Below, one piece after another: positions 51,391 to 64,000 of a DNA stretch of 64,000 nucleotides (position 1 is its first letter; each line of letters starts with the position of its first letter). A program made the position numbers and the translations under genes. Below the pieces are notes generated by a model. That model worked only from the letters and a program-made list of their open reading frames with translations. It was not told where the DNA came from and did no database searches. The stretch is taken from the NCBI RefSeq assembly GCF_018977255.1, contig NW_024704743.1, positions 112,470,001-112,534,000 of the forward strand, read 5' to 3'. Origin of the DNA: Callorhinchus milii (Eukaryota).

Positions 51391-52869
51391 ACAGTTGGAG
51401 TTTGAGGGTAATGCAGTGCTCCTCCAGTTCTGAACTCGACTGTGAGAGCTTGAACTCCACCAAATTACTGAGCTCCACTGAATTATGATCTTTGACTGCC
51501 TCACCAGTGCTCAGTGCCTCATTGTGTGTTTCCTCATATCTCCTGCAGAGCGTGTATTTTTGGTGATGCTTGACGGTTTGTGAACCTGGATCCAAAACAT
51601 TTTATAGTATTAGGTTCTTAGTATGCAAGATATGGTTGAAGTATGCTGTGCAGACAGCATTCAATGTACTGCGCAACCAAAACACAAATAATCGGATATC
51701 ATTTGATGCTTGGAGCTGTATTACATTCAACAATAGGAATTTTCTAAAGTTGGAATAAAAAAGTAAAACGATTTGATGCAATTATGATTCCGTGTTTGGT
51801 TCTGATCAGAATTGTGTTTGGATCAAGGATCCATTTATCTGCATTCGACTGTGGTAATACAAACAGTGAGATTATTAATTCCCAGTGCTTTCAGAATGAT
51901 TCTCAAAAATGTTATTTTCCACAATTAGTAATGGAAAACATATTTGGCGTTAGCAAAATTATTATTTTGTTCAGGACAATTTTTCTGTGCATGAGACCTT
52001 AAAATGTGGGCTAATCTTGTTCAAATCCATAACTAACTGTCAATAAAACAAACAGTTGAATAGTATTTTCTCAAATTCAGGTCATCCAATGTCTGTAATA
52101 ATAATAATAATCCTTGCATTTGATATAGCGCTCATCACGTCTTCGAGACATCTCAAAGTGCTTCACAGAATATACTATAAAGTGAATTGACTGTATATCT
52201 TGTGGGCAAAACGTAAGTATGTATACTTGTACGTACAATATCTTCATCTTCATGGTTACCATTGGCGCAGGCTATCTCTAATCTCTAATCAGTTATTGTT
52301 AAGCATGTCTTGCTTTGTGCACTTGCCCTGCAACCTGACTCTCTCTGCTGGGTCTCTGACTTCCTCTCAGCCTGTTTGTCATCAGCTCCGCGCACAACTG
52401 AATGTCTCCTTCACCAGCTGGGAATCAACAGTTCAGCTCAGCAACTGCCAATCAGCTCGTGAACAACTGTTTATTTTCCCTGGAATTCGTGTTAGTTTTA
52501 TGATTTGTTTCTCTTGTTATATTTAAGACTCAGACAATCTTATCAAAACCTGAAGCAAACCTTTCATATTTTCCTTGCTTTCCACAATGTCCCTACTGTC
52601 AACCCCAACTTTAATTATCTGCTGTCTCAACAACCTGTTCTCACTACACTACACATTAAATTTTCTCCCAGGCCACTTTGGACTTTGTTCATCTCTCAAA
52701 ATTAGAGATTGAGAGATCTCATTGTATTACTTGAGGTAGCAATTTGCATGTTGAATTCACCATAGAAATTAACCAGTAATGATAGTTCATTGAAGCTTAT
52801 TACTTCTCTCTTTTTGCCTTCTAAAAACATAGCTTCAACCATGCCTTCAGTTGATGTGCTTAATTTTAT

Positions 52870-53282
52870 TAACAGGATAACATACAGCACTTTATCATGT
52901 GGTTGAAATTTTGTAAAATCCTTCATAGGATTTACTGTAAAGTGTACCCACTGTGTATTTGTAGACACAAGCAGCAGCCAGTTTGTGCACAGCAATGTCC
53001 CACAAAGACATCAACTTTATCTGGAAAATTGTTGGTGAGGACTCTAGGTGAAGCTCCCTTCTGTTTTCAAGTGGTACCATGGAATCTTTATCATCCACCT
53101 GAACAGATAGACAGGACCTTGGTTCAATGCTTCATTCAAAGAATGGCACCTCCAACTATGCAGCACTCCTCCAGTACCATTGGAGTGACAGCCTAGACTG
53201 TGAGCTCAAAGTCCCAACAAAAAGCTTGAGAGTGCAGCCTTCTGACTCTGAGGTTAGAGTTCTACCAGCTGAGTGAAGCTGC
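52870..53282 (-). mobile_element. Deu-type SINE
   Basis: Same body and head motifs as 46895-47325. Confidence 0.7.
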
Positions 53283-53814
53283 TACTAGTACAGCTTGGTA
53301 AAATAATAATAATAATAAAATCTTACTAATAAGTTATTCTTGGTGACCTACATTAGATGATAATAGTAAAGCCTGTGTGAATATCTGTAACATATGTTTT
53401 GCTCCATCTTTGGAGTGGTCAATAAACCACAGCAGGAAGTTCACATTCATTCTGCTGGAAACAGAAAGGCAGCTGCATTTGATTACTATCAACGTTTATT
53501 GCACATGGCCAGAACTGTTCATTGAGTCATTAATATCTCCGACTAAACCTAAAGATGTGTTGAAGGCTCGATTTGGTTCATAAGGCTTGCTTAAAGAGAC
53601 TCCTGACTCAATTCACATGCAAGAAATTCATGATATTATGAACATTGCATTAAAATTGTTCCGTATTGGTGTTTCAAATCCACAGGTGAACAATTTGCTC
53701 AGTGTAAAGCAATTCTTTCACATAGACTTACATAGAATTTGAGGATGTCTCAAATGATTGTACTGCACAGGTCATTTGACACAATGAGTCTTCATCTGTG
53801 TTTATATACCACTT

Positions 53815-54228
53815 GAGCCTCCACTTGGAAAAGAGATGGTTGAGGGGCGATATGATTACGGTCTTTAAGATACTGAAGGGAATAGATGATGTAGATCATG
53901 ATAAGCTGTTTTATCTTGTACTGAACAGTAGAACCAGAGGACAAAGCCTACAACTGAGGTGGAGAAAATTCAGAACAAATCTTCGGAAATACTACTTCAG
54001 TGAGCCAGTAGTAAACTTGTGGAACAGGCTCCCCAGGGAGACAGTGGAAGAAGAAAATGTCATTTGTTTCAAAAACAAATTAGATAGATTTCTGCAAGAA
54101 AATAATATCTCGGGATACGGTGCATAGTTTGGGACACGACATGTCAAGTGACTGATAGGATGCTGGAAGGTGAATTAGATGGACCTTGGTCTTCTTTCAC
54201 TTAGCAAATTCTTATGTTCTTATGTTCT
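53815..54228 (+). mobile_element. CR1 LINE 3' end
   Basis: LEKRWLRGDMITVFKILKG..SRTRG..RKYYFSEPVVNLWNRLP..FKNKLDRFL; (TTCTTATG)n tail. Confidence 0.92.
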
Positions 54229-54834
54229 GCTTCTAAGACCCCATCCACAGTATAGTTTCTGACATGACAGGTCAGAACCAAGTTCATATTGCTAAGACTC
54301 CTTTCAAACAGTGAGTGTGCTAAATTAAAGCACAAGGGCCTATGTTGAGGAATCACCTGCCTTCTCACACACAATATTTGAAGACCCTCTGGTAATATGG
54401 AGGAGTCCAGCACCCAGTTATCCTGGGCAGGTTCCCACTTGATTAATGTAATAGAGCACCGCTTCCTCATTGCCTCTTCCTCTGTCATGCTATTGAAATG
54501 CCTCTGGATTCATAGACCTCCCTCTCCTTTGCTTAGAATAAGCACCTGTAAATAATTTGTACTATCCCCAGTAGTCAATGGGGTCCCTTCTCATCAATCG
54601 GAACTTTTATTATCCTCTTTCATTCCAGGTTTGATCTGAAATTAAATTTTCACATTTTCATGTGGCTTCTCATCTGTGGAAAAGACCTAACAAATCCTAT
54701 TACTAGTAAAACCGTTTTTCGCATCTAAAGAGCAGACAGGTGGAACTCGGTTTAAACATTTCATCCATTTGCATTGTTCCCCCATTACAGAACCAAAGTG
54801 TCATCCTATAAGAATAAGAATAATAACAACATAA

Positions 54835-55250
54835 TAACAATAATCCTTGCATTTGATATGGCACCTTTTGCATCAGGAGGAAATCTCAAAGTGCTTCACA
54901 GGGTTTTAATGTAAAGTGTACTGACACAGCAGGCTATTCACAGCAATATCCTACAAACACCCATGAAGTGAATGACTCATTTTATTTGGTGAATTGTTGG
55001 CCAGGACATCAGGAAAAACTCCTTCTCTTTTCAAATAATGCCATGGGACCACTCTCAGCACTGCACTGAAGTGTCAACTTTGACTATATTCAAAATCCCA
55101 ATGTGGGACTTGAACCCACAGCGTTCTGATTCAGAGCTGAGAGTGCTATCAACTGAGCCAGACTATCATCCTAGACTAAATGAGCTTAATTCCCAATGTG
55201 GGTCTTGAACCCCCAACATTTGATCCAGAGGTGAGAGTGAGTTGAGCCAA
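54835..55250 (-). mobile_element. Deu-type SINE with deletion and duplicated head
   Basis: Tail at ~54840; head-like CTTGAACCC..TGAGCCA segments at ~55110 and ~55205. Confidence 0.6.
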
Positions 55251-58200
55251 CAGTTATTCTACTATGTTACATCTGGTCTGGGAGCATTTGATACTGACAC
55301 TGATTTACGCGACTATACTTTGGCAGCTATATTGTTAGCTAAGCATAACATCCCAAATCATTTGTTCCACAAGAATAATTTGCACATCAGATAGACATAA
55401 TACTTAATAAAATGTCACATGTGCTGCACATTTGATATATCGTAGCATGTAACAATTCCATTGCGGTTGTACAGAGTTCATTGCCAAACGTAAACATGAA
55501 GCTAATAGAGCTGTTAATCTGTACATATGACATTCATGAAGTTTAAAATTACGTTCAATCAGTTTCAAAAGTGCTGATTGTATGTTTTTGACCCAGTGTA
55601 TGAGAACTATTCAAGTATTTAGTCTTGAAAATTTAATGTGGTTGTAAATTAAATTGTGTGTGACAAGCATTCAAATGTTTTCACGCTGAATTTTTGTGAT
55701 TCGCTTGAGTCAGGAGTCAGTAACAGCAGGCTTTCTTTATTGTCAATACTTCAGGTACATAGATGCCGAATTGAGAATATAAATTTGCCAAAACAAATGG
55801 TACCAACTGTTTGTCCAGCTGCTTCAGATTATGTTAATCACTCATTCTCTCAAATCATATTCTTAAAGTAACCTGTACCTACTCCAATATGAATCAAAGT
55901 CCAAACAATTATTCTTGGAATAACATCTATTCCAGGTTATTAAAGCAAAACTCATCATTTACCAGCATCGCAAGATCTCAGGATCACAAGATTGGTCTGT
56001 ATAAAGAATGCCCTTTGGCTCTTCCAATATCACCTCTTCAGAACACCCATCCTAACATCCCCTCATCACTGCATCAAGCTGATTTTTAAATGAGTCGAGT
56101 GTCCTGCTCTTCACTGTTTCTGCTCCTCTTTCCTGGGAATGTTCACGTTTCCTAGCAATAAGCATTCTCACACTTCAGTGATTTCCCTCCCCTCACGGCA
56201 GCTCACCACAGAGATGAACAGTCGCTGTATATTAGCTGACTTCAGAATCATAGGAACAGAACTCATGAATGCTGCACACAAGGCCCAAACCACAAAATGA
56301 AATGTGTGTAAATGCACACTGTGAGTCTCCTTGCAATTCTATACTTCCAAATGTACAACTCAGAGTAGAGAGGGCCAGATCATGTGGTTAAAATATTTCA
56401 ACATGGTCCCATTTTTTATGTAACATATTAAATATAGATGCCAGCCTACTGCCTACATTGGCTGCTCGATGTTCAGACTTGATCTACTCAGTTCAAATCA
56501 GTTTTAAAGGTACACTTCCTATTTTTAAAAGAGTATTCTTTTAATCCAGGTATTGCTGTTAAATCTACTGACAGTCGAGACAAGGTACAGTAAATCCTGA
56601 GAAATTCTTTGAGACATCTACCTGACAAGATCGTTGCTATATTAAATGCAAGGACTTTTATTATTATAAATAATGTATGACACTGTAACAGATAGAGCAG
56701 AAGAAAGTTAAACATCCACCAAAGCGATGGAGACAACATGGTGCTGTTGCTTTGAGAAGTTTCTTCTTCATCGGGATGTGGAGTCAATTCTCATTCAGTA
56801 AATGATAAACAATCACCTTCTCTAAAAAAATGCAATGAAACTAAGAATTGCCTTGTTGACTTGTTAAATATCCCATGGTATTATCCGAAAAGAAAAGGGC
56901 ATTTCTCATGGTGTCTCGGCCAACAATCCCCCCAAATAAAAATTGGTCATTCACTTCATAGCTACTTTTGGGACATTGTTGTGTACAAATTGTCTGCTGT
57001 GTTCACCCACAAAACGTGCACAGTCACTGCACTTTACAGTATTTCCTGTAAACGGCTTTGAGATGTCTCTTGACGTAAAAGGTGCAATACCAAATGTAAG
57101 AATTATTATAAATCGTTCTTAATACTTCTAATAACAGGTTACCATGACTGACCACTGATATATAGCTGAGTGCTTCTCTACTGTATAGTTGCAGATGGCA
57201 TGATTTTTCTGACTGTTTTATTTCACTTGGCAGATGTATGAATTTCTTTGACTTTGCTGATCAAAAAACAGAGCACAAGACATCGGACTTTTCCGTCGCT
57301 CTCCTCTTTTATTTATTAACACTGAATAAAATCAAAACAATGCTGCTTGAAAAGGAACATTTACTTGCTCTGACTCACTCACTCAGCACCTAACAAGAAT
57401 AAACGCAGAACAGCCATTACTGCCATCTGTTGCGAGGGCAGATATCCAGACTCCGTGCCAGAGAACAGGGACATTTGGTGTTAGATGCTTTCAGTCACAG
57501 CCCAATGCTATAACAAACAACCTCCACCTCCACGGTGGCCACATGAAAAGTTCCTTTTTGATGATGTTGATGTTAGTTCGGTGTTCGAAAAGAAATTACA
57601 CTTCTTTAGAGAGATATCATCCATTTGGTTCCAGGCACCTTCTGTGCAATTAACCTGGCCATTCGCCTGCGGTAAACAAATAGTCCTTTGACTTTTTTCC
57701 CCCACTAACTGGTTGCTGGGCAGCAGATGGAGAAACCATCCATGTGGGCTGTCAGTGAAACCTACAGCAACACACACTGCTGGTGCCGATGCTGTGAGGT
57801 AAGGTGACACCTCCTGCTGTGCTTCTCTGGAGGAATAGCTTATGCCTGCGTAAGTGATTCCTTTCATCCTCAGGTGCTAGATCTCGGAGAAAAACACCTA
57901 CCTACGTCAGAAGCTGACCCGGTGCTTTTCAACACAAACCCTGCAGCAGTACAGATTTCACAGATGTTGTGCCCCTGTGCAATCCTTGAGATTTATTTCC
58001 CTGTAAACTCGAGACTATGGGAAAAGTTATCATCACTTCAGCAGTTATTTTTTCTATCATTAACAGTCCTCCCGACATGAAAGGCATTATATAAATATAA
58101 ATTTGTATTGTATTGTATTGTAAATGAAATGAATTTAGAACTTTTCTTGCCAATTTCTTTTTTCCCTTTCCTCCTCTCCTGAAGATGCTGAATAAAGTGA

Positions 58201-58524
58201 ACAGTTTTATGGCCCCCAACAACTTTGTCCGACCATTCTTCCTGTGTCAGCCCTAGACAGTAACAACAGATAATGCAATCACCACACAAGGGCATCATAG
58301 TCAAGCCAGAACATTGGTCTTCATCCAACATGCACACCTGCAAACTTTCAAGGAAGGATCACCAGAGAACCCTGAATAATATTCTCTGCCTCCAACCTGG
58401 GAAGCATGGAGACAATTATCACACAATAGTCTGGGATTTGAACCTTGCTACATTCTTGGTGTAATTGGTTTGGTACCATATCATGTGTTGCAAATTTAGA
58501 ATAGATAAACAATGCACCTATAGT

Positions 58525-58901
58525 GGAGTTCTGTAGCTCAGTGGTTAGAGTACTCGCCTCGCAAATGAGAGACCTGGGTTCAATTCCCAGATGGGCGAAA
58601 TGTTGGGCAAGTTTCCTTACTCCACACGCCTCTGTTTACCTAGCAGTAAGTAGGAACCCAGTTGTTAGTGGATTGGGGGATTGCTTTTCCGAAGGTAATA
58701 ATTCCTTTAAAAAAATCATAATAATAAATTGGTTTACTCAATCCACGACTGTTTGTGGGATACTGCTGTACACAATTGGCTGCCCCGTTTCATCCACAAA
58801 ATATACAGTCAATTCACTTTACAGTATATTCTGTGAAACGTTTTGAGACATCTCAAAGACATGATAAGGTGCTATATCAAATGCAAGGATTATTATTATT
58901 A
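58525..58901 (+). mobile_element. Full-length tRNA-headed SINE, long variant
   Basis: TAGCTCAGTGG A box, GGTTCAATTCC B box, GCAAGG(ATT)n tail. Confidence 0.9.
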
Positions 58902-61649
58902 TTTTGTCATATTGGATTATAATTCTGATGCGTCTACTGTGGAACTATGCAGAAAATCACCGGAGCAGGGATTGAAGCAGATTATTAAAGATGAAAGGAT
59001 TCCACCTGAATAGGCTCAAGAATTGGGAGATAAAATAAATTGTTCCTTTCAATATGAAGGTTTGTTTTATCCTTTTTTCCTCCTTTACAAGATATTCAAC
59101 TCGCACTCAATGCTGACAGACACTCACTGAGCAGGAAATAGCACTGAATAGCACTGACATTGTTCCTGCTCAATCCCCCCCACTCGCCCACATTAGCATT
59201 AACCAGTTCCATAGGTAAAACATAATAAATCTAACCCAACTGAGATGAGTTTAAATGTCCAGCACCTCTGGCTGGGAGATATTTGAGCTTCCAAGATACC
59301 AAATCATTCACATCATACATCTTGATTTCTAACAGCTGCATGTCTGGAGCATATCCAGACCTACAGCTGTAATGTACATGGTGTGTAAGACACTCAAATT
59401 GCCGAGCCCATCATAGCCAAGGTGTTGAAAGTCAATGCATTTTGTACAAAAGGAAAAGGCATACCGTAGAGTGATATTGGCTTTACAAATAGCAGCGACC
59501 AACTTAGTATTTTCCCTTTCCAATCTTATTCTGGCATTGATAATATTGTAGGTACACCTGTATTTTAATCTGTTTTACAATTCAAATCATCCCCCTTGAG
59601 AGACATAGAAGGGTCTCTCTGGTGTCAAGCTGGTTCTAAGGTGACACGGCTGTTATACGGAGAATGGATTCTGGTCAACTTTGTGTGGTGGTCGCAGTGA
59701 TCCAGTACCTGTCAGACACAAAGAAAATAATGCTTCCTGGCAAAATAACTATTTTCACTAGTTTCTTTTAACAGATCAGTTTTTCCCACGTTCAATTTGA
59801 TTGATTGACTGAAACATTTTTTCTCTTTGTAATAACGTGCTGGTCTGTATCTTCTTGGCAAAGAGAAAGTCATTTTGTTGCCTTGAATTTATTCAGCACT
59901 TAACATTTAAATTAGTGCACAGCTAAACTGCTGAGCTACAATTATTACATTCTGTACAGAGTGGAACAGAATAAACAACCCAATTGCATGATGACGGCAG
60001 TCCAGTCACATTGGTGCTAGGTTAGGACAGATGCCAGATTAACATTGTATTTGAAGATTCAGAAATGTTATGATATCTACTTTTGTGACAACTATGATAT
60101 TGAATATTCACTAATTTGACTTAAATAAGTGAAATCTATCTTAAATAGATTTTCATAGAGCAAAAATATTTGCCTATAATAATACAGTTTATCGCCTTTC
60201 ATGTTGAGAGGATGTCTCAAAGCTCTTCACAGGATATATTGTAAAATGTAGTGACTTGTGTTTTGGGCACTTTATTACGTTCTTCTACAAAATACACAGT
60301 CACTACACCATATAGTAAATCCTGTGAAATGCCCATTGAACATGAAAAGCATTATATTAAATTAAAATATTATTATTCTTAATGCAAGTACAGGAATATT
60401 AATCCACATTGTCGCTTTCTTTCACATTCAATAGTTTTACTTGGTAAAATAAGTGTTTCAAAGCACATCTCAGGACATTCATATATATATTAACTTGTAC
60501 TGAAATTTATTGACAAATCCCTTTAATTTAGAATTTCTACGAGTGTTTAATGTTATTAAGAATGCTTTGTGATCACCTTCATTGTTTTCTTTTAAAGAGG
60601 TAACAGTTAGAGGCTTTGTCAGTTTTCAGACAGCTTCTTCCCATGGGCTCACTCACAAAGTACAGGATGTAAATCAAGTGACCCTTTTCAACAAGCTGCA
60701 GTATGTGAAACACATTCCCTTTAATGGTACATATGTTAAGGAAACTAGTGGGTGGCAAGAGCTTTCTGCAGGGCACAAATCTTTGTTATTTGCTGTGTTT
60801 CAACAAAACGAAGTGAGTTTCACATTAGAAGTGCCTGCATCTGATTTAGTTTGAAAATGGTTAAGGCAATGTGAAACTTTCAGCAAGCAAATGAAGGGTT
60901 ATCTGAACAAGACTGAAAAAATATTAAGCAGGAGCTGAGTTAAATGATATCGAAAGCAGCTAATGGAGCAGAAGCTAATGAGAAACACATGACTTACCAA
61001 AGTTCAGTATAATGCTTTTATGAGAAGCAATGGCCTCTGATATAAGACCCTTTGTTTGTGATTACTAGATTAATAAAGTATATAAAACGTCTTCTTTATA
61101 CAGTAACAATAGAATGAATAACAAACTGAAAAATCACCTTTAGCCATTTTGGCATGACTCTCATGAGAAGCATTATAGAGAGAACCCACAACATATAATG
61201 GTGTCATGTCAATATTTTGAGCCCTTTTTTCTAATTAATGTGTGGTAAAGTTACTGTTCAATGAAGTTTAATGTTGAGAAATGTCAAGAGGTACACTTTA
61301 GGAATGAGAACAATTACAATATAATTCACATTTATATAGCATCTTTCACATCAGAAAGACATGCCAGGGTGCTTAAAAGAAAGTAAATGTACAAGAAGAC
61401 TGTCAGAAAGACTTGATTTTTTACTGAGTATATCACTGTGTAGCTCCTCTGCTAACTCCCCTTCATTCGTTTCCCAAAGATCTACTGTTCATAATAGTTT
61501 CCCTTGGCTCAATGCCCAATCCCAAGAGAGGTTTGGATGAAGAAGGCCCCTTTTGATCTCATCTGCATCCAATATACTCACCCTACCACTCTCCTAAAGA
61601 CACTGCATTGGGAAGTAATGTCTGGAATAGGGTGTCCACTCATTATCCA

Positions 61650-61978
61650 GAACAAAGGAACAGGAGTAGGCCATTCAGCCCATCAACCCTGTTTCACCAT
61701 TCTATTAGAACATGGCTGATCTGTCCCTCAACTCCATTTACCCACCTTTTCTCCATATCCATTGATACCTAACAAATACCTATCAATCTCAGTCTTGAAC
61801 ATTCCAATTGACCCAGCATCCACATCTTTTGGGGCGAGAGAATTCCAGATTTCCACAATCCTTTGTATTGAAAAAAATGCTTCCTGGTTTCATTCCTAAC
61901 TGGTCGAGCTCTAATTTTAATATTATGCCCCTTTGTTCTGGATTCACTCACCAGAGGAAATGGTTTCTCTGTATCGAT
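61650..61978 (-). mobile_element. CR1 LINE 3' end
   Basis: SESRTKGHNIKIRARPVRNETRKHFF; terminal AGGAACAGGAGTAGGCCATTCAGCCC. Confidence 0.85.
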
Positions 61979-61981
61979 CTA

Positions 61982-62320
61982 TGCACAGGCTAACAAGAGC
62001 CAATGCTTTGGGACTCCAAATTGTGCATTAGGGTTCTATTAGAATTCAACCAGCTAAAAGTTGCCATTATGAACACTTTTTTGTGAACAATGCTGTTCAA
62101 CCAACTAGTACTAGGACCAGTCATGATTCTGGTCTGGCCCTCCAAGGCCCGCTGATGAGCCAGGCTGACTTGCCTGTCATCAGTGGTGCCCTAGAGTACT
62201 GTGGGCCTGCCTGTTTCAGCTCCCAAGACTGCCAGAAAGGATCGATTCAATTCTGGCATTCCGTTGCCAGACAGGTCACCTTGGAGCCAGCTCAGACCAG
62301 CAGCCCCACTTACCTCGCTC
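61982..62320 (+). mobile_element. Unclassified ancient repeat copy
   Basis: CAAGAGCCAA..GATGAGCCAGG..TGTCATCAGTGGTGCCCTAGAGTACTGTGGGC matches ~8650-8980. Confidence 0.7.
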
Positions 62321-62729
62321 CCAGAAAAATATTATTTTAATTATTCAAGGTTAATAGTAGCAATACTAATAAAGTTGTGGTGATATGTGAGTAGATTTAT
62401 TGCTATGACACAGTATATCCATCTTAGACATAAGACTCTAAAGAGATTTGAATGACAGCACCCCTGAGGTGCAAAGGGAGCCGATGAGGGAACTGGTTGC
62501 AGAATAGTGCAATACGTCAATTCTTTATGGAGCCAATACTGCTCAGCTAGCTGTTTCCAGGCTACTTTTGCACTCTTATGTATAAATGTTATAACTGTGC
62601 ACAGTTTCCAGCAATACTGTTTTCTCTGCTGGAGTCCACAGAACACTATCGATTTACTCCTGTCTTAAGGTGTGGTCTGAAAGAATGTCTGGCTGATGTT
62701 TCTTATGAATTTAAGACAGGATTAAGACA

Positions 62730-63000
62730 CTTCTTACCTAATTCCAGAAAGTATTAGACACAGGTTGGCAAAAGCCAAGGCTTGGGGAGCCCAGAAAACT
62801 GTATTGAAAACTTTTGAGAGCACTATTTGAGATCTTCCTGCTGCTTGTCCAGTTAGGACCACTGTTCAGGGTTTGGTTTGTAGTGTTAACAGGAGTTGAG
62901 TCAGAAGAATCCCTGTTCCCAGGTCTTCTACTCCAAGTTCTAGCGATAAGCCAAGTTAGTTGGTCTGTCATCAGCAGTGTCCTGGAGCACTGCAGACTGA
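62730..63000 (+). mobile_element. Unclassified ancient repeat copy
   Basis: TTACCTAATTCCAG..CAGGTTGGCAAAAGCCAAGGCTTGGGG..TGTCATCAGCAGTGTCCTGGAG. Confidence 0.7.
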
Positions 63001-63034
63001 CCTGAAACAGGTGCAGGACTGTTGAGACCATCAC

Positions 63035-63356
63035 GGAGTCCTGTAGCTCATTGGTTAGAGCACTCGCTTTGCAAGCGAGAGACCTGAGTTCAATTCCAGG
63101 CAGGGCGAAACCTTGGGCAAGTTTCCTTACTCCACACGCCTAATAATAATCCCTCCAAAACCAAAAACAATAATAAAATTGGTCATTTTCAATCTACAAC
63201 TGTTTGTGGGACATTGCTGTGCGCAATTGGCTGCCGCGTTCGCCCACAAATATACAGTCAATTCACTTTACAGTGTGTTCTGTGAAGCGCTTTGGGATGT
63301 CCTCCCGACGTCAAAAGCGCTATATCAAATGCAAGGATTATTATTATTATTATTAT
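63035..63356 (+). mobile_element. Full-length tRNA-Ala(TGC)-like-headed SINE, short variant
   Basis: A/B boxes, anticodon-like arm CTCGC-TTTGCAA-GCGAG, L2-like 3' stem-loop, (ATT)n tail. Confidence 0.9.
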
Positions 63357-63487
63357 CACAGAAGATAGACTTGAATGTGACATTCTGTTGCCAAACACGC
63401 TAGCTCAGCTTCACTGAGACCCCACTTATACCCACCCTCTTTCGCCCCCAATTAGAATAGTCCCTTATTTGCAGAAGAAATATAGGT

Positions 63488-63737
63488 GCATCATTTTTGC
63501 AAATTTCTGCGATATAAGACTTGAATTATAAGATTAATTTGAATATAAGACCTCCTTAGCCTCCTTCAAGTCCCACCTCAAGACCCTCCTCTTCGACCAT
63601 GCCATCGGCCATCCACCTTCCCCTCCCTTCCCCTCCCGACTCCAGCTCGGATCTGAAGTGCTATACTCTGTACAGCGCCTTGGGACGACCTCCCAACGTG
63701 AAAGGCGCTATACAAATGTAATTTTGTTGTTGTTGTT
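63488..63737 (+). mobile_element. L2 3' end fused to an AT-rich foreign segment
   Basis: L2 sequence from 63551 to the (TTG)n tail; 63488-63551 is shared in reverse with 49724-49787. Confidence 0.85.
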
Positions 63738-64000
63738 GAATGCAATTCACTTTAAAGCCAAGGAATGCAGATACAAACACTTTAGCAGTGATCCATTATA
63801 AGTGTACACCACCAAATGTCAATTAATTTATTGACAAGCAGACAGTCTTCATTGTAGGTATAACTGTAATCTATATTGGAATCTACAACAATTTCTGTAC
63901 ATCACAGGTGTTGCTTACTTAGAATTTGACAAGGCACTGTATATTTAAGTTAAATTGTATTGTCACTCCTTGTTCAGTCAAGTCATTTTCTGCTGCACCG

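Noticed and set aside
57508..57867. 119-aa minus-strand ORF with ATG start
   Set aside because: No recognisable domain or family similarity and no supporting exon structure.
63035..63107. tRNA-Ala gene (also at 58525, 16621, 23440, 45820)
   Set aside because: Each continues into a SINE body and tail and lacks a proper acceptor stem and terminator.

Overview
Vertebrate genomic DNA, most likely a cartilaginous fish and possibly a holocephalan; this is inferred from the gene sequences and repeat families, not proven. Two tandem minus-strand CAP-superfamily genes are present. PI15 is complete: a TATA box at 34239-34245, a probable non-coding exon, and five GT-AG coding exons between 33647 and 23000 that join to 777 nt (258 aa + stop). 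Downstream lies the first coding exon of CRISPLD1 (1319-966); the rest of that gene is left of the window. This exon carries an in-frame 96-nt (32-aa) internal duplication of the propeptide. The CRISPLD1 upstream region is a ~5-kb complex of CT-rich, G-rich and GA-rich tandem repeats. The rest is dense in L2 and CR1 LINE fragments, tRNA-headed SINEs (including Deu-type and an LF-SINE-like copy), a Penelope remnant and an unclassified ancient repeat. Two clusters of CTCF-like motifs, one spaced 44-45 bp apart, sit next to copies of that repeat. There is no CRISPR array, rRNA or genuine tRNA gene. Repeat boundaries are approximate, and family names come from recalled consensus similarity, not from a search.
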